Source: Myxococcota bacterium (GTDB lineage Bacteria > Myxococcota_A > UBA9160 > JAFDDA01). Taken from it: a DNA stretch of 64,000 bases. Positions 41,596 through 50,264 of this stretch are shown here, in pieces (position 1 is the first letter of the stretch; each line of letters starts with the position of its first letter). Under the pieces are notes generated by a model. That model had not been told where the DNA came from. It saw only the letters and a list, made by a program, of their open reading frames with translations, and ran no database searches. Location of the stretch: positions 1,344,001-1,408,000 of the forward strand of contig OZ245817.1 of the NCBI GenBank assembly GCA_965228475.1. The letters run 5' to 3'. The position numbers and the translations under genes are program-made.

Positions 41596-41834
41596 TTCTC
41601 CCGGGTCATGCGGCGCCGGTCGTCCTCGTACTGCGACATCACCCCGTTCAGGTGGTCCCGCACGCGGTCCGTGATCGGACCCGGCGGCGGCGCATCCGCC
41701 GGCCGCGGCGGCTCGAGCGGCTCGAATACCCCGGCCAGGACCCCGCCGAAGGCACCCTGGGTGCCCTTGAACTGGAGCTCGGCGTAGACCCAGATTCCGA
41801 GGATCAGGAAGAGGAAAGTGAGCGGCTTGCCCAT
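41592..41834 (-). CDS. Small hypothetical membrane-anchored protein
   Basis: 80 aa with an N-terminal hydrophobic helix, GGAGG RBS and host-like codon use. Confidence 0.65.
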   Translation of the reverse strand: MGKPLTFLFLILGIWVYAELQFKGTQGAFGGVLAGVFEPLEPPRPADAPPPGPITDRVRDHLNGVMSQYEDDRRRMTREN

Positions 41835-41963
41835 GGGCGCCTCCAGACCGGCCCCGGTGGCTCCGAAAGAGCCTCATGGCCTTCCTTCGATGGATCGGTT
41901 CGACGCCGCCGGCTCCCAAGGGGAAGTCCCCACGAGGCCCCGGGCGTTGGCTATGATCGGCGC

Positions 41964-42929
41964 GTGATGAATCGTCCCTTCGCATACTTGGCTGCCCTGC
42001 TTGCGAGTGGGGTGCTGGTCGTCGCGGGCACCGCATCGGCCGGCAACTACTCCATTCCGCCGTCCGAGGCCGAGCGCCGCCTCGGAAGCGAGCCCTTCGA
42101 GATCCTCGAGGCCAAGCGCACCGCTTCGGGTGTCGCCGGCGCCCAGCGCTGGAAGCTGCGCTTCCAGGATGGGAAGGTCATCAAGGCGAAGTGGAAGGCC
42201 GCGCCGCGCTACGTGGCCGACGGCTGGAACAACTCCCCCCGCCGCGAGATGGCCGCCTACGAGATCCAGAAGTGGTTCCTCGACGAAGAGGACTACATCG
42301 TCCCGCCGTCGGAGGTGCGCTGCATCCCCCTGGCGCAGATGCAGGCGATCGATTCGAACGCCCGGCCGACCCTGCTGAACACGAACTGCGTCTACGGTGT
42401 GCTCTCGCTCTGGCTGCAGGACGTCGAGGAGCCCGCCGAGATCTGGCACCCGGACCTCTTCGCCCAGGGCGGCTACTACCGCTACTCGATCGCCGCCGTG
42501 GACGTGCTGACGCTCCTGATCGGCCACCAGGACGGCCGGCCCGCCAACTTCCTCTGGTCGAAGGACGACCGCCGCCAGGTCTTCTCGATCGACAACGGCA
42601 TCTCCTTCCACGCGTTCCCCTACAACTTCCTCGTGCGCAACTGGAACGACCTGCGCGTGCCCGCGCTCTCGCGCCGGGTGATCGAGCGGCTCGACCGCGT
42701 CGGACCCGAGAAGATCAAGGCCCTCGGCATCCTGCGGCACCTCGAGCCGGACGAGAACGGCGTCCTCCAGGTGACGGCGCCCGACGGCAACCACGGCCCG
42801 AGCAAGGGCACCCGGGTCCGTGGCAGCACGCTGCAGTTCGGCCTCAGCAAGAGCGAAGTTCGCGAGGTCGAGGAGCGCCTCGGCCTGATCCTGCGCCTGG
42901 CCGAGAGCGGTCAGATCGACCTCTTCTGA
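41964..42929 (+). CDS. Exported atypical protein-kinase-like enzyme (PI4K-II/FAM20/HipA-like fold)
   Basis: Sec signal (...AGTASA), KAKWK, REMAAY, VPP, LLIGHQDGRPANFL (DxxxxN), IDNG. Start GTG 41964 or ATG 41967. Confidence 0.7.
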   Translation: MMNRPFAYLAALLASGVLVVAGTASAGNYSIPPSEAERRLGSEPFEILEAKRTASGVAGAQRWKLRFQDGKVIKAKWKAAPRYVADGWNNSPRREMAAYEIQKWFLDEEDYIVPPSEVRCIPLAQMQAIDSNARPTLLNTNCVYGVLSLWLQDVEEPAEIWHPDLFAQGGYYRYSIAAVDVLTLLIGHQDGRPANFLWSKDDRRQVFSIDNGISFHAFPYNFLVRNWNDLRVPALSRRVIERLDRVGPEKIKALGILRHLEPDENGVLQVTAPDGNHGPSKGTRVRGSTLQFGLSKSEVREVEERLGLILRLAESGQIDLF

Positions 42930-42954
42930 GGCCCGCCCGCCCGGCCGGCGCCCC

Positions 42955-44328
42955 ATGAAACGAAGTCGCCTCGAGCGGGCTCTAGGGATCTTCACGGACG
43001 TTCGTCCGGGGGAAGGGCGCACCGCCCTCCTGATGTTCGCGAACGTCTTCCTGATCCTCTGCGCCTACTACTTCATCAAGCCCCTGCGCGACGGCTGGCT
43101 CGCCGGCGAGCAGATCGAAGGGTTCCAGGGGACGATCCGGGCGTACTCCTCCTTCGCCCAGGTCCTGATCCTGATCCCGGCGGTCTCGGCCTACGGCTGG
43201 CTGGCGCGGCGATACCGCGGCGCCGCCCTCATCACGCGCTCGACGATCTTCTGCATCGTCGTCCTGCTGCTCTTCTGGCTGATCTGGCCCGGCTTCCTGT
43301 TCGAGTTCCTGCCGGGCTCGGGCCTCGCCTTCTTCCTCTGGGTCGGCATCTTCAGCGTCTTCGTCGTGGCGCAGTTCTGGACCTTCGCGGCGGACCTCTA
43401 CAACGACGAACGGGGCCGGCGGCTGATGCCCCTCATCATGATCGGCGCGAACGCCGGCGGCGCCTTCGGGGCCGGGCTGCTCGGCCAGCTCGTCTCTGTC
43501 GAGGGCTTCCCGCAGCACGCGCTCCTGCTCGTCGCGATTCTCCCGCTTTCGGCGTCGATCTGGCTCTCGCGGCTGGCGGAGCGCCGCGGGGCGCTCGGAA
43601 CGGGCCTCGACCGGCCCGCGGCCACCCCGGCGGAGCGGGCCCAGAAGAAGCGCGGCTCCCTCGGGACGGTCTTCTCGGACCGCTTCCTGCTCGCCGTCGG
43701 CATGCTCACGATGCTCATGTTCTGGGTCATCTCGAACGGCGAAAACCTGCTCTGGCGCGTGATCCAGGAGGTCCTGGGCAACGAGGCCGCCCAGGCCGTG
43801 GCGAGCGAGGCCGGGCAGCGCGAATACATCCAGAAGGGAACCAGTCAGTTCTACAGCGGGTTCTATACGCAGGTGAACCTGGCGACGCTGCTCCTGCAGG
43901 GCTTCGTCGCGTCGCGGCTTCTGAAGTACGGAGGCTTCGCGACCATCCTGATGGCGCTGCCGGTGGTTTCCCTTCTCTCCTATGCGACCATGGCGCTCGT
44001 TCCCGCTCTCGCCATCGTGAAGCTGATGAAGATCGCCGAGAACTCGACCAACTACTCGCTGAACAACACCGCACGCCACGTCCTGTGGCTGCCGGCGACC
44101 GCCGAGATGCTCTACAAGGGCAAGCCGACGATCGACACGCTCTTCGTGCGCGCGGGGGACGGGCTCGCGGCCCTGACCATCTTCATCGGCATCCAGCAGC
44201 TCGCGCTGCCGACGACGACCCTGTTCTGGATGAACGCCGGGCTGGTCTTCGTCTGGCTCGGCGTGGCGTGGGGCGTGATCCGTCTGCATCGGCGCCTGGC
44301 GCGGGGAGCGCAAGCCGATGAAGCTTGA
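42955..44328 (+). CDS. Npt1/Npt2 (TLC/AAA) family nucleotide transporter
   Basis: DVRPGE, AYYFIKPLRD, QFWTFAADLY, YSLNNTAR, YKGKPTIDTLFVRAGD; about 12 TM segments. Confidence 0.88.
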   Translation: MKRSRLERALGIFTDVRPGEGRTALLMFANVFLILCAYYFIKPLRDGWLAGEQIEGFQGTIRAYSSFAQVLILIPAVSAYGWLARRYRGAALITRSTIFCIVVLLLFWLIWPGFLFEFLPGSGLAFFLWVGIFSVFVVAQFWTFAADLYNDERGRRLMPLIMIGANAGGAFGAGLLGQLVSVEGFPQHALLLVAILPLSASIWLSRLAERRGALGTGLDRPAATPAERAQKKRGSLGTVFSDRFLLAVGMLTMLMFWVISNGENLLWRVIQEVLGNEAAQAVASEAGQREYIQKGTSQFYSGFYTQVNLATLLLQGFVASRLLKYGGFATILMALPVVSLLSYATMALVPALAIVKLMKIAENSTNYSLNNTARHVLWLPATAEMLYKGKPTIDTLFVRAGDGLAALTIFIGIQQLALPTTTLFWMNAGLVFVWLGVAWGVIRLHRRLARGAQADEA

Positions 44329-45322
44329 CCGGCGCTCGTTCCTCGCGGGCATCGCCGCGGGCCTCGTCGCTCCTCGGGTCTTCGCAGACGATCCGGGTGG
44401 CCCGGAGTCGATCCCGATCCCCGGGCAGAAGGACGTCGAGGTCTTCTCGGACCCCGTCGTCGAGATGATGCGCCGGCTCGACGAGATCGCGCCCTTCGAG
44501 GACATGGCGCCCCTGTGGAGCTACAAGAGCGAACCCCTCCAGGGCGAGCTCGACAAGCTCCTCGAGCGGCTGGCGCTCGCAAAGCACGTCCGCTCGAAGA
44601 AGCTCGCCGTGGCCTTCGTCGACGTCACGGAGCTCAAAGCACCGCGGGTCGCCGAGGTGAACGGTGACCGCATGATGTACGCGGCGAGCCTGCCGAAGAT
44701 CGCGGTCCTGCTCGGAGCCTTCGAGAAGATCGCCGAAGGCCGCATGAAGCTCACCCGCGAGGTGCGCAGCAGCCTCACGCGCATGATCCGCGAATCGTCG
44801 AACGTCGCCGCGACCGAGATGATGCAGCGGGTGGGCAAGCAGTACATCGCCCGCGTGCTCTTGAACCCCCGCTACCGGCTCTACGACCCGAAGCACAACG
44901 GCGGCCTGTGGGTCGGGAAGGACTACGCGAAGTCCGGCCTCTGGCGCCGCGATCCGCTCCACAACTTCTCCCACGGCGCGACACCGATGCAGGTCGCTCG
45001 TTTCTACTACCTGCTCCAGACCGGAAACCTGGTGACGCCCGAGTACAGCCTGGAGATGAAGAAGATCCTCGGTCACTCGGCGATCAACCACAAATTCATC
45101 AAGGGCCTCCAGCTCGTGAACCCGCGCGCGATGACCTTCCGCAAGTCCGGGAGCTGGCGCGACTACCACTCGGACAGCGTGCTCGTCGAAGGGGGAGGGC
45201 GCGCGTACATCGCGGTCGCCCTGGCGAACCACCGCGAGGGCGGAAACTGGCTGCGGCAGCTGATCATCGGGTTCGACGAAATCATCTACCGCGGGTCGAA
45301 CCGGTGGAGGCGATTCTTGTAG
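44318..45322 (+). CDS. Tat-exported serine hydrolase, class A beta-lactamase/PBP fold
   Basis: Twin-arginine signal DRRSFL; SLPK (SxxK), SSN (SxN), KSG. Confidence 0.85.
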   Translation: MKLDRRSFLAGIAAGLVAPRVFADDPGGPESIPIPGQKDVEVFSDPVVEMMRRLDEIAPFEDMAPLWSYKSEPLQGELDKLLERLALAKHVRSKKLAVAFVDVTELKAPRVAEVNGDRMMYAASLPKIAVLLGAFEKIAEGRMKLTREVRSSLTRMIRESSNVAATEMMQRVGKQYIARVLLNPRYRLYDPKHNGGLWVGKDYAKSGLWRRDPLHNFSHGATPMQVARFYYLLQTGNLVTPEYSLEMKKILGHSAINHKFIKGLQLVNPRAMTFRKSGSWRDYHSDSVLVEGGGRAYIAVALANHREGGNWLRQLIIGFDEIIYRGSNRWRRFL

Positions 45323-45326
45323 CGCC

Positions 45327-45452
45327 GGGCGGCTGGAGGGCGGGAGGGGCTCCGGCTCATGGCTCGCCCTGGCTACCTGCCGAGTCGCCTAGACCATCCG
45401 AGTGCGGGCTGCGCTTTACTTCCCCGGAGCCCCTCCCGCCCTCCAGCCGCCC
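45327..45452 (+). repeat. Structured dispersed repeat, copy 1
   Basis: 67-nt core 45356-45422 inside a perfect 29-bp inverted repeat (45327-45355 / 45424-45452). Confidence 0.9.
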
Positions 45453-45495
45453 TCCTCGGCAAGGCGTCACGGCCGGAACGAACCCGCTCACGCAA

Positions 45496-45530
45496 AACAG
45501 GGATCGAGCGCAAAGCGCTCGATCCCTGTT
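45496..45530. terminator. Probable bidirectional terminator hairpin between convergent genes
   Basis: AACAGGGATCGAGCGC-AAA-GCGCTCGATCCCTGTT, a perfect 16-bp stem with short A/T flanks. Confidence 0.6.
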
Positions 45531-45571
45531 GTTTCACTCGCATGGCGGTGGTCCGCCGCGCCGCCTCGCAC

Positions 45572-45691
45572 CGCGGGTCGGGTCAGGGGGGCTTCAGCGA
45601 AGTAAAGCGCAGCCCGCACTCGGATGCGCCGGACGTCTCGGATGTTCGCCAGGGCGAGCCATGAGCGGAAGCCCCCCTGGCCCGACCCGCG
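45572..45691 (-). repeat. Structured dispersed repeat, copy 2 (inverted)
   Basis: Core 45599-45665 (reverse) inside a 24-bp inverted repeat with one mismatch. Confidence 0.9.
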
Positions 45692-45711
45692 CGCGCCGCC
45701 CCGACCTCGGA

Positions 45712-47091
45712 CTACTGCCCGAGCATCTCCTTCGCCTTCTTCCGCAGCTCCGGATCCGCCGCCATCGTCTTCAGTTTGGAGGCCATCTCCTGATCGTGGC
45801 GGTTCTGGATGAGGCGGTGGATGCGGGTGCCGAGGGTCTGGTGCTCGACGGCGGAGTTCTTGCGCAGGACGTTCGAGAGCACGACCGAGATGTAGTGGAG
45901 CGGCTGCTTCGAGTCCGTGGTCTCCACCACGGTCAGCGAGTTCATGAAGTTCTTGCGATTCCCCATGTACTTGCCGCACTCGAACCCCGGCTCCGGCTTG
46001 CAGCTGTAGAGCGAGCCGGACTTGAAGTAGAGGGCCGCGTCGGTGAGCGCGGGCGACGACGCGTAGCGGATGCGCCGGTCGGTCAGGTAGAGCAGGCGCT
46101 TGAGTTCGAGGCTCGACCACTCGTCGACGAGCTTGCCCTGCTCCATCAGCAGCGCGAAGCGGAGGAGCTCGCGCGGGGTGGCGATGCTGTTCGTGCCGGA
46201 GACCTTGTTCTTCCCGGTGCGGGTGAAGAAGCTGCCCTGGCGGAGCTTGCCCGTGTCGATGCCGTTGGCCTTGAGCGGGCCGCGGATCGCATCGAGGAAG
46301 ATCGTGCGCTTGCGCTTGGCCGGGGTCTCGCGGAAGAAGCGCGCGGCCTCCTCCGCCGTCGGCGGGTAGGCGTCTCCGTACTCCTTGAAGAGCATGACGT
46401 GCGCCATCAGCATGGCGGCGGCGGCGTTCGAGCTGCTCGAGCACATCCAGTCGAGATAGGTCCAGATGTTCGCGGTGTCGCCCTGGCGGATCGGGCGCTT
46501 CTCGAGCCGCTCCGCGCCCGGCTGCCAGAACGGAACGACGTGCTCGTCCTTGATGATGAACTCGTCGGCCGTGATCTGGACGTCGCGCAGGACTCGCTTG
46601 CGCGCCTCGATGTCGTCGGGGAAGCGGTCGGCCAGCGCCTGCATCCACGCCAGAGCGACGATGACCTTCCCGACCGAGCCCGGGTTCTGGATCTTGTCGC
46701 CGCCGACCTCGGCGTAGCTCGGGTTCGCGGGGTCCGTGATGTCGAGGACGGCGATGCCGTAGCGCGAGGCGTCGGCGTCGAGCAGCGCCTTCAGCTGCTT
46801 GGTGAATTCCGGGTCCGCGGCCGGAAGGGTGAAGTCCGGCCGGCTCGAGAGCTTCAGCCGGACGTCCTTGGTCGGCAGCAGCGCGCCGTCGAAGATGGCC
46901 CGGTTCTTCAGCAGGTGGTCCTGCGCCAACCGGTAGGCCTCGAGGCGGGTGATCCCGGTCTCGCGGTAGCCGTCGAGCGGATAGCCCGCGGCCGTACCCG
47001 CGATGGCAAGGGCGGCCACGCCGGCGAGTGCGCGGCGGCACCGGCCAGGGGCGAGGAAGGGCGAAGAGGAGAAGATCGAACGAGTCCGCAT
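45712..47091 (-). CDS. Exported serine hydrolase, class A beta-lactamase/PBP fold
   Basis: Signal peptide before YPLDGY; SVGK, SSN, KSG. Confidence 0.8.
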   Translation of the reverse strand: MRTRSIFSSSPFLAPGRCRRALAGVAALAIAGTAAGYPLDGYRETGITRLEAYRLAQDHLLKNRAIFDGALLPTKDVRLKLSSRPDFTLPAADPEFTKQLKALLDADASRYGIAVLDITDPANPSYAEVGGDKIQNPGSVGKVIVALAWMQALADRFPDDIEARKRVLRDVQITADEFIIKDEHVVPFWQPGAERLEKRPIRQGDTANIWTYLDWMCSSSSNAAAAMLMAHVMLFKEYGDAYPPTAEEAARFFRETPAKRKRTIFLDAIRGPLKANGIDTGKLRQGSFFTRTGKNKVSGTNSIATPRELLRFALLMEQGKLVDEWSSLELKRLLYLTDRRIRYASSPALTDAALYFKSGSLYSCKPEPGFECGKYMGNRKNFMNSLTVVETTDSKQPLHYISVVLSNVLRKNSAVEHQTLGTRIHRLIQNRHDQEMASKLKTMAADPELRKKAKEMLGQ

Positions 47092-47184
47092 GGGGCCTCC
47101 GCAGTGGGTCGGATGCTTTCGACGCAGGGGGAACGTACCAATTCAGCGGCGGGCGTCTTCGGCCGGGTTCCCAGGCTTCGAAGC

Positions 47185-50148
47185 TCAGTCCGCGGGGGCG
47201 CGGTCGAGCCGGATCTTGCGATTGCCCTTGCGGGCCAGCTCGGCGTCCAGGCCCGCCAGATAGCGGCTGCTCTTGGCGCCCTTGCTCTCCACGAAGGGCC
47301 GGATCTGGAGCAGGGTCAGGCGCCCGTCCTTGAAGGCGAACTCGACGTCGGCGGCCATGGGCTGGCCGTTCTCGTCCCGGAGCGAGGGAAAGCGCTTGGG
47401 GACGTCGCGCGCGAACCGGACGAGCTGGTCGATCTCGCCCTTCCGCAGCACGGCGGGCGTGCCGCTCGCGCGGACCCGGGTGACGCCGCCTTTCGGGTCG
47501 AGCACGGCCCGCCGCGGCGCCGTCGCCTGGGCGAGGAACTCGACCCGGCCGCTGCGGGTCTCGATGCGAAGCGACTCCGCCGCCTGCCCGTCGACGGCGC
47601 CGCCGACGCCCTCGTTCACGGCGACGGTGATGTAGTCCTGGCTGCCGCTGTCGACGTCGGCCGTGACCATCACGCCGGACTTCTCGGACGGAAAGCCGAG
47701 CTGGACGACGACGGCCGGGAAGACGTACTCGGGCTCTTCCATCTTGTCCTGCCGCCAGCCGTAGGCGCGCTCGGTGAAGGGCGAGGCCCAGACGAGGCCG
47801 ATCGATTCGAGGATGTTCTCGTAGCCGACCACGTTGGGGACCGTGAGGTTCAGGCCGGCCCCCGTGAAGCCCGGCAGATCCTCGACGTTCGTGTCGCTGC
47901 GGACGAACACGCCGTAGCTCCCGTCGCGTCCGAAGTGTTCTTCGAGCGTCTTGCGCAGCCCGTTGCGGAACTCGGGGCCGGGGTCGACGTCGTGGAGCCA
48001 GCCGCGCAGCCGCTTCAGGAACCTGCGCACCCGCTTGGCCTGGGCGGCCGGCTGGGCCTCGAGCTTGGCGATGGCCGCGTACTCGCCCTTCATCCAGTCG
48101 AAGACCGAGGGCCCGCCGGCCTCGAGGGGCTGGTCGAGGACCTTGCGGAAGGCGCCGAAGGGGATCACGAAGCCGTTCGGGACCTGATTCCCGAAGTGGT
48201 GCTTGAGCTCGCCGAGGTTCGCGCCCTTCGGGCCGGAGACGCGGCCCGAGTCCGCCGCGCGCAGGGCCGAGAGGGAGACGAAACCCGTCTGGGTGAGGTC
48301 GAGCTTCTCGAGGTCCGGGCGGATCACGAGGCCCGCGGAGGGCCCTTCCTTGCCGAAGATCTCGTTCCAGCGCGCCCCGTCGTCGGAGAAGTGGACCACG
48401 CCGCTCGGGCTCACGGCGAGCACGACCCGCTTGCCCATGCGCGTCCGCACTTCCTTCAGGTGCTCGTTGCCAATCACCACGTTCGGAATTCCGAGGTTGC
48501 GGGCCAGCAGCTGGACGTGCGAGAGCGAGCTGCCCTCGCCGCGGGTCAGGATGCCCGCGACGGGCGGAAGGTCCGAGATGGTCTCCGGCAGGAGGAAGAC
48601 GCCCTGGCGATCGAAGCCGCTCGCGCCGGCGTTCTCGGAGGGCTCGTAGAGGCGTCCGCGGACGAGCCCCGGGTTCAGCGCCCGGAGCCCCGCGCCGACG
48701 CGTTGACCGAAGAGTTCGTGCTCGATGCCCGCTTCGCGGTTGGCGTCCTTTACGAGGCTGTCGACGACGGCGCCGTAGAAGAGGAGCGGGCTGCCGCGCA
48801 GGCGGTCCTGGGCAAACAGATGGGTCTTCGGCTCGATGGCGGCGAAGCGCGCGGTCGCTTCGGAGAAGTGGAACTCGATCCAGCGCGAGCCCCACTCGGG
48901 CATGCGCGCGAGGAAGCGGAGTTCCTCGCGGTAGCGGTCGACGGTGGTGTCGTTGCTCTTGGTCAGCCGCTTGAGGCTCGCGACGACGCCCTCGCGGTGG
49001 CGCTCGGTGATGAAGCCCGCGCCGTAGAGCGCCGAGGTCCCCTCGCCGAGCCACGCGAGGCGTTCCTTGCGCGGAACGCCCGAGAGCCGCGCGATCAGGT
49101 CGTTGCCGACGGCGTAGGCCTCGCGCTCGAGCTCGAGGCTCGTGAGCAGGAGGGCCAGGGCCGCTTCGGGATCCTTCTCGTCGGGGAAGTGGCGGCGGAG
49201 CTGGGCCAGGGCCCGGCTCGCGATGCGCAGACGCTGGACGTCCTCGGCGCCGGGCGCCAGGAGCGCCGCGCCGTGGCGCAGGTTCTTCGCGAACTTCGCG
49301 TCCGAGGTGGCGGTGGCGAGGCGCTCGAGGGCGGCACTCGCCCGCGGCGCGTAGAGGGCGTCGATGTCGTCGGCGAGCTTCTGGTAGTCGGCGCGGGCCG
49401 CGGCCTTGCCCTTGGCCCGCGCATGGGCGCGCACGCGCTCCGCGTCGCCGGCATCGGGGAAGCCGTGGATCTTGGCGCGCAGGTTCTTGAAGCCCGGGTC
49501 CTTGTCCGCCACGACGACGGCCAGCTGCCGGACCGCCTGGGCCGAGACCGCGTCGCCGAGCAGGGGCAGGGCGCGGGCGGTCTCGCGGATCAGCAGGAAG
49601 CGGGCCGGATCGCGCCAGGCCGGGTCGGCCAGCATGGCGAGCAGGACTTCGCGGGCCGTCGCCTCTTCGTCCTCGGCCTGGAGCGCGCCGCGGTAGTTGC
49701 GCGCGCCGCGGAAGATCCAGCCCGTATCCGCAGCCCGCAGGAACTTCTCGACGATGACCTGGGAGAGCTGGTCGACGTCCGGATCCGAGCCGACGAAATC
49801 CTCGGGTTCGAGTTCGGCGACGACCGTTCCGACGTAGTAGCCGTCGGCCCGCATCGCCTTCACGCGGTCGTTCCACTCGCCGTGCTGGATGCCGCCGCCC
49901 CGCTCGCCGCCGCAGGGATACGGTCTGGGCGGGTGGATCGTGCCATCGGCGCAGAACCAGCGAATGCGCTTGAAGGGCCCCTTCGGGGAGCGCTTCATCT
50001 CCTTCACCCAGCCCGCGTAGCGCTCGGCGTTCTTGAAGCCCTTGCGCTTGGCGGCGGCCTCGGCGGAAGGGGCGGGGAAGAGCAGGGCCGGAGCCAGCAG
50101 GAGAGCCAGCACCAGCTTCGGGACCGACCGGCGGACGGGGCGCGACAT
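47185..50148 (-). CDS. Exported PEP-utiliser-family dikinase: signal peptide + helical N-domain + phospho-His swivel + PPDK-type ATP-grasp
   Basis: Signal MSRPVRRSVPKLVLALLLAPALLFPAPSAEA; GSSLSHVQLLARNLGIP (His swivel); GPKGANL, VRSDTNVEDLPGFTGAG, DVEFAF...LLQIRP (ATP-grasp). Confidence 0.85.
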   Translation of the reverse strand: MSRPVRRSVPKLVLALLLAPALLFPAPSAEAAAKRKGFKNAERYAGWVKEMKRSPKGPFKRIRWFCADGTIHPPRPYPCGGERGGGIQHGEWNDRVKAMRADGYYVGTVVAELEPEDFVGSDPDVDQLSQVIVEKFLRAADTGWIFRGARNYRGALQAEDEEATAREVLLAMLADPAWRDPARFLLIRETARALPLLGDAVSAQAVRQLAVVVADKDPGFKNLRAKIHGFPDAGDAERVRAHARAKGKAAARADYQKLADDIDALYAPRASAALERLATATSDAKFAKNLRHGAALLAPGAEDVQRLRIASRALAQLRRHFPDEKDPEAALALLLTSLELEREAYAVGNDLIARLSGVPRKERLAWLGEGTSALYGAGFITERHREGVVASLKRLTKSNDTTVDRYREELRFLARMPEWGSRWIEFHFSEATARFAAIEPKTHLFAQDRLRGSPLLFYGAVVDSLVKDANREAGIEHELFGQRVGAGLRALNPGLVRGRLYEPSENAGASGFDRQGVFLLPETISDLPPVAGILTRGEGSSLSHVQLLARNLGIPNVVIGNEHLKEVRTRMGKRVVLAVSPSGVVHFSDDGARWNEIFGKEGPSAGLVIRPDLEKLDLTQTGFVSLSALRAADSGRVSGPKGANLGELKHHFGNQVPNGFVIPFGAFRKVLDQPLEAGGPSVFDWMKGEYAAIAKLEAQPAAQAKRVRRFLKRLRGWLHDVDPGPEFRNGLRKTLEEHFGRDGSYGVFVRSDTNVEDLPGFTGAGLNLTVPNVVGYENILESIGLVWASPFTERAYGWRQDKMEEPEYVFPAVVVQLGFPSEKSGVMVTADVDSGSQDYITVAVNEGVGGAVDGQAAESLRIETRSGRVEFLAQATAPRRAVLDPKGGVTRVRASGTPAVLRKGEIDQLVRFARDVPKRFPSLRDENGQPMAADVEFAFKDGRLTLLQIRPFVESKGAKSSRYLAGLDAELARKGNRKIRLDRAPAD

Positions 50149-50264
50149 CAGGCGCAGCTTACCCGATAACCCGCCGTTTCGGGTGGCTTTCCCCTGGGCG
50201 CTCGGGCCCGCAGGGCGGGCGGGCTGCGGCACAGGGTAAGGGGTGGGACGCCCTGCGGGGTGAT

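Noticed and set aside
47185..50148. Annotation as PEP synthase or PPDK
   Set aside because: No pyruvate-binding barrel, reversed domain order, and a signal peptide.
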